Source: Camelus dromedarius (Eukaryota). Taken from it: a stretch of 64,000 nucleotides of DNA. The stretch is taken from assembly GCF_036321535.1 (NCBI RefSeq), contig NC_087444.1:14384001-14448000 (forward strand), given 5' to 3'. Numbering within the stretch: position 1 is the stretch's first letter; every line of letters begins with the position of its first letter. The notes under the pieces were generated by a model. The model had not been told where the DNA came from and did not search any database. It saw only the letters and a list, made by a program, of their open reading frames with translations. Positions 54,801 through 62,670 of this stretch are shown here, one piece after another. A program made the translations under genes and the position numbers.

Positions 54801-55785
54801 AACCTTGTTACAAAAGGATATACACATCCTGGTCAGAGTCCAATGCCATGATAGAAGGTCAAACTGAAGGCGTAAAAACAGAGATCACGTATATACTGTC
54901 ATCCCATTTCCAAGCTTCTCTCTTTAACTATTAAAATATACACAGTAACCTAACAACTGCTTTGGGATTTCTGAACAGCCGCCTATCCACCCTGAAAGTA
55001 CTGACCCCGAGAGGACGCACCTTCGCTTCTGCGCAGCCCAACTTCCAACCACTTAAGAGGTAATTATTCCTCCAGCTTCCTGGTGGGGTATAGCGTTACT
55101 GGATCCTAATTATTTACACAGACGGAAAACAACGACGCTCGAGAGATTTTGACAACTTAAAAAAAAATGCCGTGAAAGTCTAAGACTGCCTCCCCCTGTG
55201 ACGAAACACAGACGCCCGGGCCGCGGTGTCCAGGAACCGCTCCCCGGGCCAGACTTGACCCGCCCGCCCGCCGCAGTTTCGGGGCCGCAGCCCCAGGGGC
55301 GCGGGCGCCGCGAGGCCGGCGAGCCGCCGGGGTCTCCTCCGCGGGGACGCGAGGCGCGCGGACAGAGACAGAAGGGCCAGCTGCGCGGGCGGGGAGGGCT
55401 GCCGCCAGGGGCCCAGGGGCCCAGGGGCGGCACCTCGCAGTCCGGGCGGTGCCCGGGCCCGGTGCCCGCTCACCTGGTGCGTGTTGTTGGCCAGCCTGGC
55501 GACGAAGTCCTGAACCCCGCCGCAGTCCTCGTCCTCCTCGAACACGCTGCGGCGCCAACGGCCGCCGCGGGGAGCCGGGCCCCCGGGCGCGGCCGCGCGC
55601 AGCCCCCAGCTCACCCCGACGGGGCCAGACCAGCGCGACAGCGGCGCTGCGGGCGGTGGCGGCGCGTCCAGCCGGTCCTGGCCGAAGGTCGCAGGCGGCA
55701 GCAGCTGGAGGAGGAGGAGGAGGAGGAGGCCGAGGCCGTGAGGCCAGCGCGAGAGGTCGTCCGCAGCTCCCCGGGGCCGCTCCAT
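6..55785 (-). CDS. SORT1: Sortilin (VPS10P-domain receptor), multi-exon CDS; 18 exons visible, exons 6 and 19 hidden in N runs
   Basis: Spliced translation matches sortilin from MERPRGAAD to DLLE*. Signal peptide, RWRR furin site, Asp-box repeats, 10CC Cys-rich region, TM helix and C-terminal dileucine are present. Exon sizes match the human 20-exon structure as recalled. Assuming 74 and 124 nt for the hidden exons, the CDS totals 2502 nt (833 aa plus stop). Confidence 0.98.
219..374 (-). other. SORT1: N run (156 nt) expected to contain SORT1 exon 19 (124 nt; YSVL motif, acidic cluster)
   Basis: Exon 18 ends in phase 2 and exon 20 starts in phase 0, so a 3n+1 exon is needed. No match is visible between 21 and 610 outside the N run. 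Confidence 0.82.
611..717 (-). CDS. SORT1: SORT1 exon 18 (107 nt, TM helix and palmitoylation Cys)
   Basis: atcaag|[35 protein letters not shown](R)|gtaagg. Confidence 0.97.
1251..1349 (-). CDS. SORT1: SORT1 alternative exon 17b (99 nt, in-frame, 33 aa)
   Basis: gtgtgtgtgattgcacag|[33 protein letters not shown]|gtaggt. Phase 0-0, no stop codon, in intron 17. Closely resembles the mouse exon 17b peptide as recalled. Confidence 0.85.
2145..2253 (-). CDS. SORT1: SORT1 exon 17 (109 nt)
   Basis: gctcag|(G)[36 protein letters not shown]|gtatgt. Confidence 0.97.
2843..2959 (-). CDS. SORT1: SORT1 exon 16 (117 nt)
   Basis: ttgcag|(C)[38 protein letters not shown](G)|gtgaga. Confidence 0.97.
3560..4680 (+). 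mobile_element. L2 (LINE-2) remnant (boundaries approximate)
   Basis: Pyrimidine-rich L2 ORF2 motifs, ending acagcaagtattcagtgaatgtttggtgaatg. Confidence 0.6.
5960..6149 (-). CDS. SORT1: SORT1 exon 15 (190 nt)
   Basis: ctttag|(C)[62 protein letters not shown](C)|gtacca. Confidence 0.96.
7602..8026 (+). mobile_element. MER33-like hAT-Charlie non-autonomous DNA transposon, split by a SINE
   Basis: Matches the recalled consensus (ccacatgtggct...gtgtaaaata...gaatgtaaaatat.tcattaataattt...ttggacag.gct). Confidence 0.7.
7745..7859 (+). mobile_element. tRNA-derived SINE (camelid vic-1-like), inserted into MER33
   Basis: GGGGAGGGTATATAGCTCAGTGGTAGAG (A box), GGTTCAATCC (B box), then a long A tail. 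TSD taataatttt/aaga at 7731-7744 vs taataattta/aaaa at 7860-7873. Confidence 0.85.
8211..8401 (-). CDS. SORT1: SORT1 exon 14 (191 nt)
   Basis: tttcag|(K)[63 protein letters not shown](C)|gtgagt. Confidence 0.97.
9052..9220 (-). CDS. SORT1: SORT1 exon 13 (169 nt)
   Basis: ttgcag|(G)[55 protein letters not shown](K)|gtatgc. Confidence 0.97.
9560..9662 (-). CDS. SORT1: SORT1 exon 12 (103 nt)
   Basis: ccacag|[34 protein letters not shown](G)|gtgagc. Confidence 0.97.
9792..10680 (-). mobile_element. L1 (LINE-1) ORF2 C-terminus and 3' UTR remnant, partly N-masked
   Basis: Minus frames give [31 protein letters not shown] and [18 protein letters not shown], typical of L1 ORF2p. N runs at 9792-9980, 10029-10290 and 10371-10523. 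Confidence 0.88.
12339..12445 (-). CDS. SORT1: SORT1 exon 11 (107 nt)
   Basis: aattcag|(D)[35 protein letters not shown]|gtttgt. Confidence 0.96.
13070..13620 (-). mobile_element. L2 remnant (boundaries approximate)
   Basis: ttcatttattcaataaatgtttagtg...actatgt, the antisense L2 3' end, then purine-rich L2 body. Confidence 0.65.
14109..14264 (-). CDS. SORT1: SORT1 exon 10 (156 nt)
   Basis: ttctag|(D)[51 protein letters not shown](D)|gtgggt. Confidence 0.97.
15119..15263 (-). CDS. SORT1: SORT1 exon 9 (145 nt)
   Basis: cccag|[48 protein letters not shown](D)|gtgaga. Confidence 0.97.
16185..16350 (+). mobile_element. MIR SINE fragment
   Basis: agctctggaatcagacc...ccccgggcatgttac-like core...cttatagggttattgggaggatta. 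Confidence 0.55.
16480..17700 (+). mobile_element. L2 remnant (boundaries approximate)
   Basis: gacacagttgatcactccttctttcttgaaac...gacatctccacctagata...gaacctagaatagtacttggtatatagtaggtactca. Confidence 0.75.
18018..18148 (-). CDS. SORT1: SORT1 exon 8 (131 nt)
   Basis: tttaag|(K)[43 protein letters not shown]|gtgggt. Confidence 0.96.
18894..19177 (+). mobile_element. Orphan retroposed insertion (AT-rich, 3' UTR-like, two poly(A) modules) of unknown source
   Basis: 17-bp TSD aaaa[g/a]tcattaacagct at 18877-18893 and 19178-19194, with tttt/aaaa at the 5' TSD. AATAAA at 19116-19121 plus A10, then AATAAA at 19147-19152 plus an A tail. Confidence 0.75.
19305..19354 (-). CDS. SORT1: SORT1 exon 7 (50 nt)
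   Basis: attgtag|(W)[16 protein letters not shown](K)|gtaagt. Confidence 0.96.
19794..19944 (+). mobile_element. Degenerate MER20
   Basis: cactggttctcaa...ggttgccacaact...tagtgctgaggctgagaaaccct. Confidence 0.6.
20290..20545 (+). mobile_element. 5'-truncated L1 3' UTR
   Basis: Ends tgtacacctgaaactaatatagtattgtaattcaaccatacttcaataaaaaaa. TSD ggtgctgggtct at 20278-20289 and 20548-20559. Confidence 0.85.
20753..20840 (-). mobile_element. Very short L1 3' end
   Basis: ctttactgaggtataattgac...gtggtgatttgatat (antisense L1 3' terminus). TSD aaagat[g/a]agttt at 20741-20752 and 20841-20852. Confidence 0.72.
22170..22310 (-). other. SORT1: N run (141 nt) expected to contain SORT1 exon 6 (74 nt, NGLWVSKNF...AKW in human)
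   Basis: No exon 6 sequence found elsewhere between exons 5 and 7. Exon 5 ends in phase 0 and exon 7 starts in phase 2, so a 3n+2 exon is needed. The run lies about midway and is long enough. Confidence 0.8.
22460..23760 (-). mobile_element. L2 remnant (boundaries approximate) containing a microsatellite
   Basis: gtgcctactatgtgccaggcactg...ttgagggacctgtgggacatctag...ggactggtcaatac. Confidence 0.7.
23204..23274 (+). repeat. Compound (GA)n(TG)n microsatellite
   Basis: Seen directly in sequence. Confidence 0.95.
24458..24640 (+). mobile_element. MER5A (hAT-Charlie)
   Basis: caatggctctcaaattttagcatgca...cttgttaaaa...ggcccaagg-like core...gaccacactctgagaa. Confidence 0.65.
25337..25501 (-). CDS. 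SORT1: SORT1 exon 5 (165 nt)
   Basis: accag|[55 protein letters not shown]|gtaagt. Confidence 0.97.
26034..26136 (-). CDS. SORT1: SORT1 exon 4 (103 nt)
   Basis: ctctcag|(S)[34 protein letters not shown]|gtgaga. Confidence 0.97.
26474..26699 (+). mobile_element. MER20 (hAT-Charlie)
   Basis: cagtgg...acatttggtaatgtctggagacattttt...gctactggcatctagtaggtagaggcca...aatgtcaacagtgccaaggttgaaaaa. Confidence 0.85.
26740..26968 (+). mobile_element. MLT1-type ERVL-MaLR LTR fragment
   Basis: gtgaagatgaagccaaca...ttcccttattatttaagctagtttga...gtagccaaaggcctcctaactaat. Confidence 0.65.
27817..27858 (+). repeat. (CA)n microsatellite, which reads (UG)n in the SORT1 pre-mRNA
   Basis: About 20 CA units with one CT interruption. 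Confidence 0.95.
29199..29804 (+). mobile_element. MER82-like TcMar-Tigger MITE
   Basis: Terminal inverted repeats cagtcgatcctccttattc and gaataatgagaattgactg, followed by TA. About 600 bp. Confidence 0.72.
34171..34244 (-). CDS. SORT1: SORT1 exon 3 (74 nt)
   Basis: ctccag|[24 protein letters not shown](S)|gtgaga. Confidence 0.97.
35709..35768 (-). CDS. SORT1: SORT1 exon 2 (60 nt)
   Basis: ttatag|[20 protein letters not shown]|gtaagt. Confidence 0.97.
36608..36686 (-). mobile_element. tRNA-derived SINE (vic-1-like, internally shortened)
   Basis: Minus strand GGGTATAGCTCAGTGGTAGAG...GGTTCAATCCCCAGTAC with A tail. TSD tatcactt at 36600-36607 and 36689-36696. Confidence 0.85.
38600..40190 (+). 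mobile_element. Ancient L1M 5' region and ORF1 remnant (boundaries approximate)
   Basis: Degenerate L1MC/L1ME-type motifs (gaccaagatggaataac, ttcaagacattggac, ataaacccagagatccaagaagctca). Confidence 0.6.
40769..41290 (-). mobile_element. Internal L1 ORF2 fragment with no 3' UTR or poly(A), flanked by a 16-bp direct repeat
   Basis: Encodes [46 protein letters not shown] and MDNLEEM. Repeat ttgc[t/c]atcaactccat at 40753-40768 and 41291-41306. Confidence 0.85.
42500..43720 (+). mobile_element. Ancient L1ME ORF2 and 3' remnant (boundaries approximate)
   Basis: Degenerate motifs acagatcagtggaaca, aaagatttaaat, gcaaaggacacaaataagcaattcacaagag. Confidence 0.6.
46573..46635 (+). mobile_element. About 60-bp L1 3' terminus inserted into an L2 tail
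   Basis: cacctgaaactgacacaacactgtaaatcaactatacttcaataaaaa. TSD taaacaact at 46564-46572 and 46636-46644. Confidence 0.75.
49015..49177 (+). mobile_element. tRNA-derived SINE (vic-1-like) with extended tail and (CAAA)n
   Basis: A and B boxes present. 20-bp TSD aaaacattttccctagtaaa (48990-49009) vs aaaacactttctctagtaaa (49178-49197), 2 mismatches. Confidence 0.87.
55474..55785 (-). CDS. SORT1: SORT1 exon 1 coding part (signal peptide, propeptide, furin site)
   Basis: GTGGCG-ATG-G Kozak context. Encodes [27 protein letters not shown]...[31 protein letters not shown] (104 aa). Donor CAG|GTGAGC. Confidence 0.97.
55708..55728 (-). repeat. SORT1: Perfect (CTC)7 coding repeat giving poly-Leu in the signal peptide
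   Basis: Plus strand (gag)7 between ctg and gcc. Confidence 0.93.
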
Positions 55786-55907
55786 CGCCACCGAATGCCG
55801 ACGCCGCCGACACCTGCCGCCCGACGCGCCCGCCCACCCCCGCCGGCGCCGCGCCACACCCCCGAGCCCGAGCCCGGCGCTCCTTGGATACGCGCAGCCG
55901 GGCCTCT

Positions 55908-56023
55908 CCGCCCCCATAGGCTGGCCGGCTGTCCTTCTTCCCCGGCCCACTGCTCATTGGCTCGCGTCGCCTCGGGCTTCGGGGGTCCTGGATTCGGATG
56001 CCAAGATGCGGGACTGATTGGCT
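55908..56023 (-). promoter_or_regulatory. SORT1 core promoter motifs: GC box plus two NF-Y CCAAT boxes
   Basis: Minus-strand GGGCGG at 55908-55913. CCAAT cores at 55956-55960 (AGCCAATGAG) and 56017-56021 (AGCCAATCAG), 61 bp apart. Motif match only. Confidence 0.65.
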
Positions 56024-56550
56024 GAAACGTGCAGAGACGGCTGAGGTCATCACACCCCTCGCCTGGAGTCTCCGAGGCCGGGATTCCAGAGTTAGCGTAG
56101 GAGCTTTCCTCCTTCCAGATAAGTTCCCCCGCTTCGTGGAGTCTCGACCCCTCCGGGTCCCTCTGGCACCCTCAGGTTGGGGCTGGGTTAGTCCCCTCTT
56201 CTCCCTCAGAGGCACCCCTAAAACTCCTTGGGTTGCGGCAGCGCCTGGAAAATCTAAGATTATCCCTTAGCTTGCTCAGCTGGAAAAGGGGGCTCCGTCA
56301 CGAACCGGTGCTTCTGGTTTTTAACCCTCGCACACTGGAGCGCCCATTGTCTACTGAAGCAGCCGCCTTTCTGATAAAAGGTGAATGCGAACTGTGTGGG
56401 CTAAATCCTACGAAGGCAGATAGACATCAGGACATCCCTGACTCACGCAAGCCTGGGGAAAAGTCTCACTCATCTTCTTCTGCAAGGAGTTAGACCAAAG
56501 GAGGAACTGCTTATTGATTTTCCTGGAGTTAGAAAGTAGCTTAGGCATTC

Positions 56551-56598
56551 GGGGCAGGTAAGAGCGGGTAGGGGGCAGGTAAAAGCGGGTAGGGGGCA
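56551..56598 (+). repeat. 21-bp G-rich tandem repeat (about 2.3 copies)
   Basis: ggggcaggtaagagcgggtag / ggggcaggtaaaagcgggtag / ggggca. Confidence 0.9.
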
Positions 56599-59116
56599 AG
56601 AGCATTGCCCAGGACCTATTTTAGACATGATCATTACATAGATGCATATTTATCTTCACCAAAGTGCCTTGACCTGCAATTGAGTGTATTGCACAAGTTT
56701 GGTTTTCAGCATATGGTGTCCCCTAAATTAGCATCCTGCCTCCAATAAATAAAACCCCTACACTGTTCTCTTTATCGCAGAAACTACACACATAACTTCA
56801 TTCTGGAACATGCAATGCAGGTAAAACCAGTTCTGGATATTCTCCCTACTGACTCCAACCTTTCAGAATGCTAGAAGTTGTTCAGTAGAAAAGGTAGCAA
56901 ATAGAAAGATATAAAGAATACAAAATGTTACATCCAAATAAAGAAAGCAACTAGAAATTACTTTTAACTATAAACTGGAGGTAAACCCAAATGAGAATAT
57001 ATTCATTGTAGAGCAAAATGAATGGTGCAATGAACCCAACCCAAGGTTTACATTAAAATCCTTCTAGTTGCACCAATTTGCAAAGATTTACATTTTTTAC
57101 ATTTACAAATTTACATTTTGCCATAACCACCATAGTAAGACATGACAAGTGAAAAAATTTTTAAATGGCATCTGGGAAGTTTGGTAAAATCACTAGAATA
57201 GTCTTCCAAGTTCTCAGCTACTGAAATGACAAGACAGAGCTCCATGAAAACTGGTGAACAATTTGTTCCTTTCTATTAACTACAATGTGTCAGATTACTT
57301 TTTTTAATACAAATTATTTTTAATCTATTGCCAACTATGGAGTAGATCACAAGACAGTCAGTTCCAGTAGCATGTGATTAGCTGGGGAAAGAAGAGGGGC
57401 TATATAGGAATATTTCTTTGTTTGGGTGACACAAAGATGAATGGTCTATTGTCTTACTGTCTGAAAAGAGAAAAAGACAACTCAACAGTGCCATCTCCTG
57501 GAGAAATTACTAAATATACTCTTAAACTCTGTGAAGCTGTTAGAATTACCTGTACCTTCGCTTTTTTAATATATTGCTTTTGGTTATTATTATATGCTTA
57601 CAGAATATGTATTTCCTTCCTCAAACTGTATCAGTCATTGGGGACATGGTACCTTGCATATGGCACTGAGAAAATGTTAGTGAATGAACTATTTTAGTAT
57701 TTCACTTTTGTCTAATGACACAGGCACTAAATACAATAGTTGCACTGTCAGATCTCCTTTGTGAAATACCATACCTAAGGTCTTACCTTATTGGCAGGAC
57801 TAAAATATGTAGATTTGTCTTATTACCAAACCCTTACTCTTCTCCAAGGTAAATTCTGCAGCAGAAAGAATAGAAAGCAGTTACACATCACAAAACTAGC
57901 TTTTGCCAGTAAGATTATTTCTCTGATTCTGTCTAAATGGACACAAGAAGCCTTGTAGAAAAATTTAAAATTCCAAAAAAAACCAAAGTTCTCTTTCAAG
58001 AATGCTATAATTCTATTAAGAATTCTGTAATTGGAATTATAGAGGGTATGAAATTTACTGTTTCACCAGTAAAGCTTGAAGCTAAGAACTATTTTATTCT
58101 GTAGTATTTGTGTTTTCCCTCCATAATACATGTCTCAAACACCTCAGCTCTCCCTAAAGCAGCATGTTTTTTCCATTTCTGCATTAACCAACATTGAGTT
58201 AAATGGGGTATTGTTTATTATTTAGTTCTCCCCACTAGAAACTTCATGGGAGCCACAGACCACACCTGGTATTTTCATAGCTCTATTCCCAATACCTAAT
58301 ACATTACTTGACATACAGTACACAGGTACTCAGATTTGTTAAATCTGAATAAACAGAAGTTGATACGATTTTTCAATGGCATTTTCCACTAGCATTTGGT
58401 AAGAGGTGAACATGAGAGAAATTAATCTCATGATCATGTTATATTTACTAACAGTTAAAATCACCAGGACAGTCTCCAGAACACTGGTGACAATGTAACT
58501 CTAGTCACCTATTTTCCTTATATGTGTGTTTCTCTAGAGCAAAATTCTTTTCTTCCAAACATTTTCCATCATTGCAGATGAATTCATTGTGAATTCAGCC
58601 TATTCAAATAATCAGAATTTGACATCACAGAGTACAACTTCCTACAGATGTTAATGAAGATAATAAAGAAAATTTCGTTCCAAATTGTCTGTTAAGGCAC
58701 AAGGACTAATACAACATTGTAGCTGGTTTATTCCAAACCATCATGGTTTTGGGGAGGACTTCAAAAAAATGTTCTTTTGATGGTCAGTTAGTAGCATCTC
58801 CTTCATATAAGGAAAGTAGCAAAAATACCTATTTGCTCAAGAGAAACTACAGAACTGAAATGGGTTTACAGTGGTATTAGTATCTGTAACACATGAGGAA
58901 GAGCCAAACTAGTCTGAGTTCCTCTGTCAACACCAAGGAATTCATGATATAGCCGATTCTGTGTAAAGAGCCACTAAAATAATTTTAGAATAGGCACTCT
59001 GATAGGATAGGGAAATTATTTAACATCACTATCCTTTTTGCCCTAGTCTAACATAAGCATTTTGTACAAAAGACTGCATTAGAAGAGAATAGTCTATTAA
59101 ATATTTTAAATTTTTC

Positions 59117-59122
59117 TTTATT
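59117..59122 (-). terminator. PSMA5: PSMA5 proximal polyadenylation signal AATAAA
   Basis: First AATAAA on the minus strand after the stop, about 143 nt downstream of it. Confidence 0.7.
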
Positions 59123-59264
59123 CCAGAACTGCCTTTATGTACAGACATCATAAAAAAATGCACATACACTGGAGGATGTCCAAGGAAATGGAGCTGAAAA
59201 TAAAAGTTAAGGGCAATTAGGAGAACTGAAATTGTCCCCGAGAAATTCTGAGGATCACACTTCT

Positions 59265-59399
<135 letters not shown>

Positions 59400-59711
59400 C
59401 TAGCATGGTCAGGAGGAGTTGTTGGTGATGCAGCTGTTCATTAGGAACTGAGGGATCTGCTGTCCCAGGGATATCCTTTCCAGCAGCAGTTTCCAAAAAT
59501 AGCTCTCTGACTCCAAAATAAAAATCTTATTGACCAAATTTTCTATTTTGAGGTCAACCCACCACATAATAGTTAACCAAATGCCTGGCGTCACTGTAAC
59601 TTCTTGAGGTTAGTTCAATGAGGATCACAAAAGCAGCAGCAAATGGAGGCCAGTACTTTTTTCTGTTAAGATCCCTTTAGAAATATATTAAAAGCATATT
59701 CACACACTTGC

Positions 59712-59897
59712 AAGTAGAGCTTGTGTGTGTGACCTTGGGTTACTTGGCCACTTCGTACCTTGATTTCCATTGGTAAAATGGAGATAAAATAACACCCAAC
59801 TCACAGAGTAGTTATGAGGATTAAATGTGTCAATCTATGTAAAGTGCTTAGAACAGTGCCTAGAACATTGTAATAAACACCATATAATTAACTATTA
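59712..59897 (+). mobile_element. MIR SINE
   Basis: tgtgtgaccttggg...gtaaaatggagata...ttatgaggattaaatg...gtaaagtgcttagaacagtgcct. Confidence 0.8.
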
Positions 59898-61009
59898 TTG
59901 TTAGGTATTATTTTCTCTAAAATTGTTCATAAGGTAACTTAGCAAGAAAACAGTTTGCTTTGTTTTCTTTTTTTTTTTTAAAGGATTGGCCATGAAAAGA
60001 TCCCATTAACAATGACAATAGAAAAACAGTTATATGACTAAAGATATTAGTAATAACGAGCAGTCTAGATTATAACCTATTTAAGCAATAAAAGACTAGT
60101 GTCACTAGATGGTTAGTTTCAAATTTAATCAAATTTTCCCCATCATCTCTGCTGACAACACAGTCCCTTGTTTTGGGTAATATGAGAAACAGGTGCCATC
60201 ACGTTTGCCTAAAAAGCTTTTGTGTTTAATTTGTTTAAAATGCCATTTCCTTACATTATCTTTTTTTTAACTTTAAAACTAAACATAGTAGGGCATTTTT
60301 TTGAATAATATTCACTACTGATATTTAGTGTAATTTGAAAAATGTCAGAATTAGCATAATCGAGTTACATGATGTTTATTATTCTCTGCCTCAACTACAG
60401 GTAAAATTTAGAAAAAGACTTATTACTACACATCTTAAAACACCTGAAGATCTGGTCTGGGAACAGACTAAAAAGATGTTCTCTCAAAGCCTGCAGTCAC
60501 CACTCGATTCTCCTTCAAGATCTATCCAATTACATGAAATGATACAAGAGTCCCAAACATATTTCTAAAATATCTGTCAAATAACTTACTGATGTCCACA
60601 TAGACCATGAGTTCTATTCCAAGGAAATTAAAATATATAAATGTTATTACTGCTTTTCTCAAGGACATGAGGACAGAGAGATATAAGGTCAATAAACCAG
60701 GTAAGAGTGAGGGCCTGAAGAATTTTTTGTCAAGTCACCCATGGCTCACAGTCACATCCAAGTTCTCCCAAATCATAATTGGGGCTAAAAACCAGAAACT
60801 GGGCAAATTCTGAATTAGAACAGTCTTATAGAACCAGGCTGCAAATCAATACTAATTAAGACTTTAAATACTACCTTCAGGAAGGTACTCATCACTAGAT
60901 GAGTAAAAATAACCCCTTGCATTTACACGATGAATATGAAAGATATTTTTCTATTTATCTCACCTTACTTTCAAAAAACATCTACGAGGCAGGTAAAACA
61001 TATTTTCTT

Positions 61010-62330
61010 TCATTGATTTGATCAATAATTAATTGCCAAGCACCTGTGTACTAGTTATAGTTGTACTAAGCACAAGAGATCCAAAGATGAAGAGTCTCTG
61101 TCTTATTTACGAAGAGTGCTAGAGGCCAAATGCTTTTAATGTCCAGTAAGTCTTATAAAAAAGCCCAGTGTATGTAGCCTAAAGGCACAAAGGAATAATC
61201 TAGGGGGGATGCAGGATGGCCTCAAGGAGAAGTGACCTTTGAGCTGTGTCTTAAAGCACAGCAAGGATGGGTCTGACAGTTGAGAGGGCAGACTGAACAT
61301 GCAAATGCATAAAAGCATGACACAAGATGCATATTTGCAAAACTGAAAGTAATTCTGAATGGTTAGAGCAGAGGTTGGACATGGGATGAGATGAATTGGA
61401 GAGGTAGTAGTTCAGAGCTCATAGAGAGTATATTAAAATGGTTTAAAGTACAGGACCAAAATCAGACCTCGTTTCTCATCTTGACTCCATTTACCAACCC
61501 TGTTATTTTGGATAAGGTCCTACCCTCTCAAAGCCTCAGTTTCCTCCCTGTAAAATGGAAATAAGAATACCTATCTCATAGGGCTGGTGTGAGAATTAAA
61601 AGATAATTGCATGTAAAATGCTTAGCAAGATACCTAACAGGTTAAACGTATGCCTTAAGAAGTAGTGAATTATTGTGCCATTAAAAGAAGTTTGGAATTT
61701 GTCTTTCAGACAGTAAGAGTCAGAAAAGACTTTTTAAAAGTGGAGAACAATCAAGATTAGATACGCAATTTAGAAAATCCACTTCAGTGGCACACTGGCA
61801 GAGGAAATGGAATGAAAAGGAGGAGAGCAAGGCTACAGGCAGGAAAACTAGTTAGGAAACCTCTGAAAATAGACAAGGCAGGAGAAAAATGAAGTCCTGA
61901 ACAAAAGAAGACCCTGAGAGTAGGGATGAAGAGGAGGCACTGATATGCGAGTTATTTACAAGGAGGTAAAAACACAAATCAGCAAAGACAAGGAAGGTCA
62001 AAGTCTCCCAGGTTTCTGCCATGAATGACAGGTACACTGGTGGTATCAGGATTAGAAATATGGGAAGAGGAAATGGTTTTCAGGAAAGATGATGAGTTTT
62101 GTTTTAGAATTGTCAAAAATTTGAGGTGTCTGCTTCAGAAAAGGTCCAATAATAGGTCTTAAAAATGATCATGAGATCTCATAAACAGGAGTTATCTCAG
62201 CAAGGAGCAGTCTCAGGGGGAATAATAACAGAAACAAATGGCAGTGATTGAGGAATAAATGAGAGGTGAGGCAGTGAAGACAATGAATATAGATTCTGTT
62301 TGGAAGAGGCTCAACGATAAAGGTTTAAAA
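61010..62330 (-). mobile_element. L2 remnant with an embedded MIR (about 61460-61650, + strand); boundaries approximate
   Basis: ttgccaagcacctgtgtac...; MIR core ctcagtttcctccctgtaaaatgg...ctcatagggctggtgtgagaattaaa. Confidence 0.65.
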
Positions 62331-62359
62331 AGAGGATGAATGGAATAGCAATAAAATGT

Positions 62360-62670
62360 AACAGACTCCTGAATCTCAAAATCATGCTAAGTGAAATAAG
62401 TGAGACACAAAAATAATACACACTGTATGATCCATTTATGAGAAATTCTAGAACATGCAAAACAAATCTATAGTGACAAAAAGCAGATCAGTGGGAAGGA
62501 AGTGACTAAAAAGGGGCATGAGGGAACTTTTGGGGATGACAGAAATATTCTCTATCTTGATTGTGGTGGCAGAAACAAGAGTTATACATTTATCAAAATT
62601 CACTGAACTGTAAACTTAAAATACGTGCACATTACAGAATGTACATTATACCTCAACAAAGTTGATCTTT
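62360..62670 (+). mobile_element. L1MB/L1MC-type 3' UTR
   Basis: atgctaagtgaaataag...tgtatgatccattta...ggggatgacagaaatattctctatcttgattgtggtgg...tatacctcaacaaag. Confidence 0.75.

Larger units (their letters stand above)
55100..56350. promoter_or_regulatory. CpG island over the SORT1 promoter, exon 1 and start of intron 1 (boundaries approximate)
   Basis: Very high GC content and dense CpG, against a CpG-poor background elsewhere in the window. Confidence 0.93.

Noticed and set aside
55786-55950. In-frame N-terminal extension from an ATG at 55917 (or GTG at 55950)
   Set aside because: That ATG overlaps the GC-box and CCAAT promoter region and is probably upstream of the TSS. The ATG at 55785 has a strong Kozak context and matches the known N-terminus.
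55157-56215. Long ORFs of 156-352 aa on both strands around exon 1
   Set aside because: Arg/Pro/Gly/Ala-rich, stop-poor by-products of the CpG island. Only the SORT1 exon 1 frame is recognisable.
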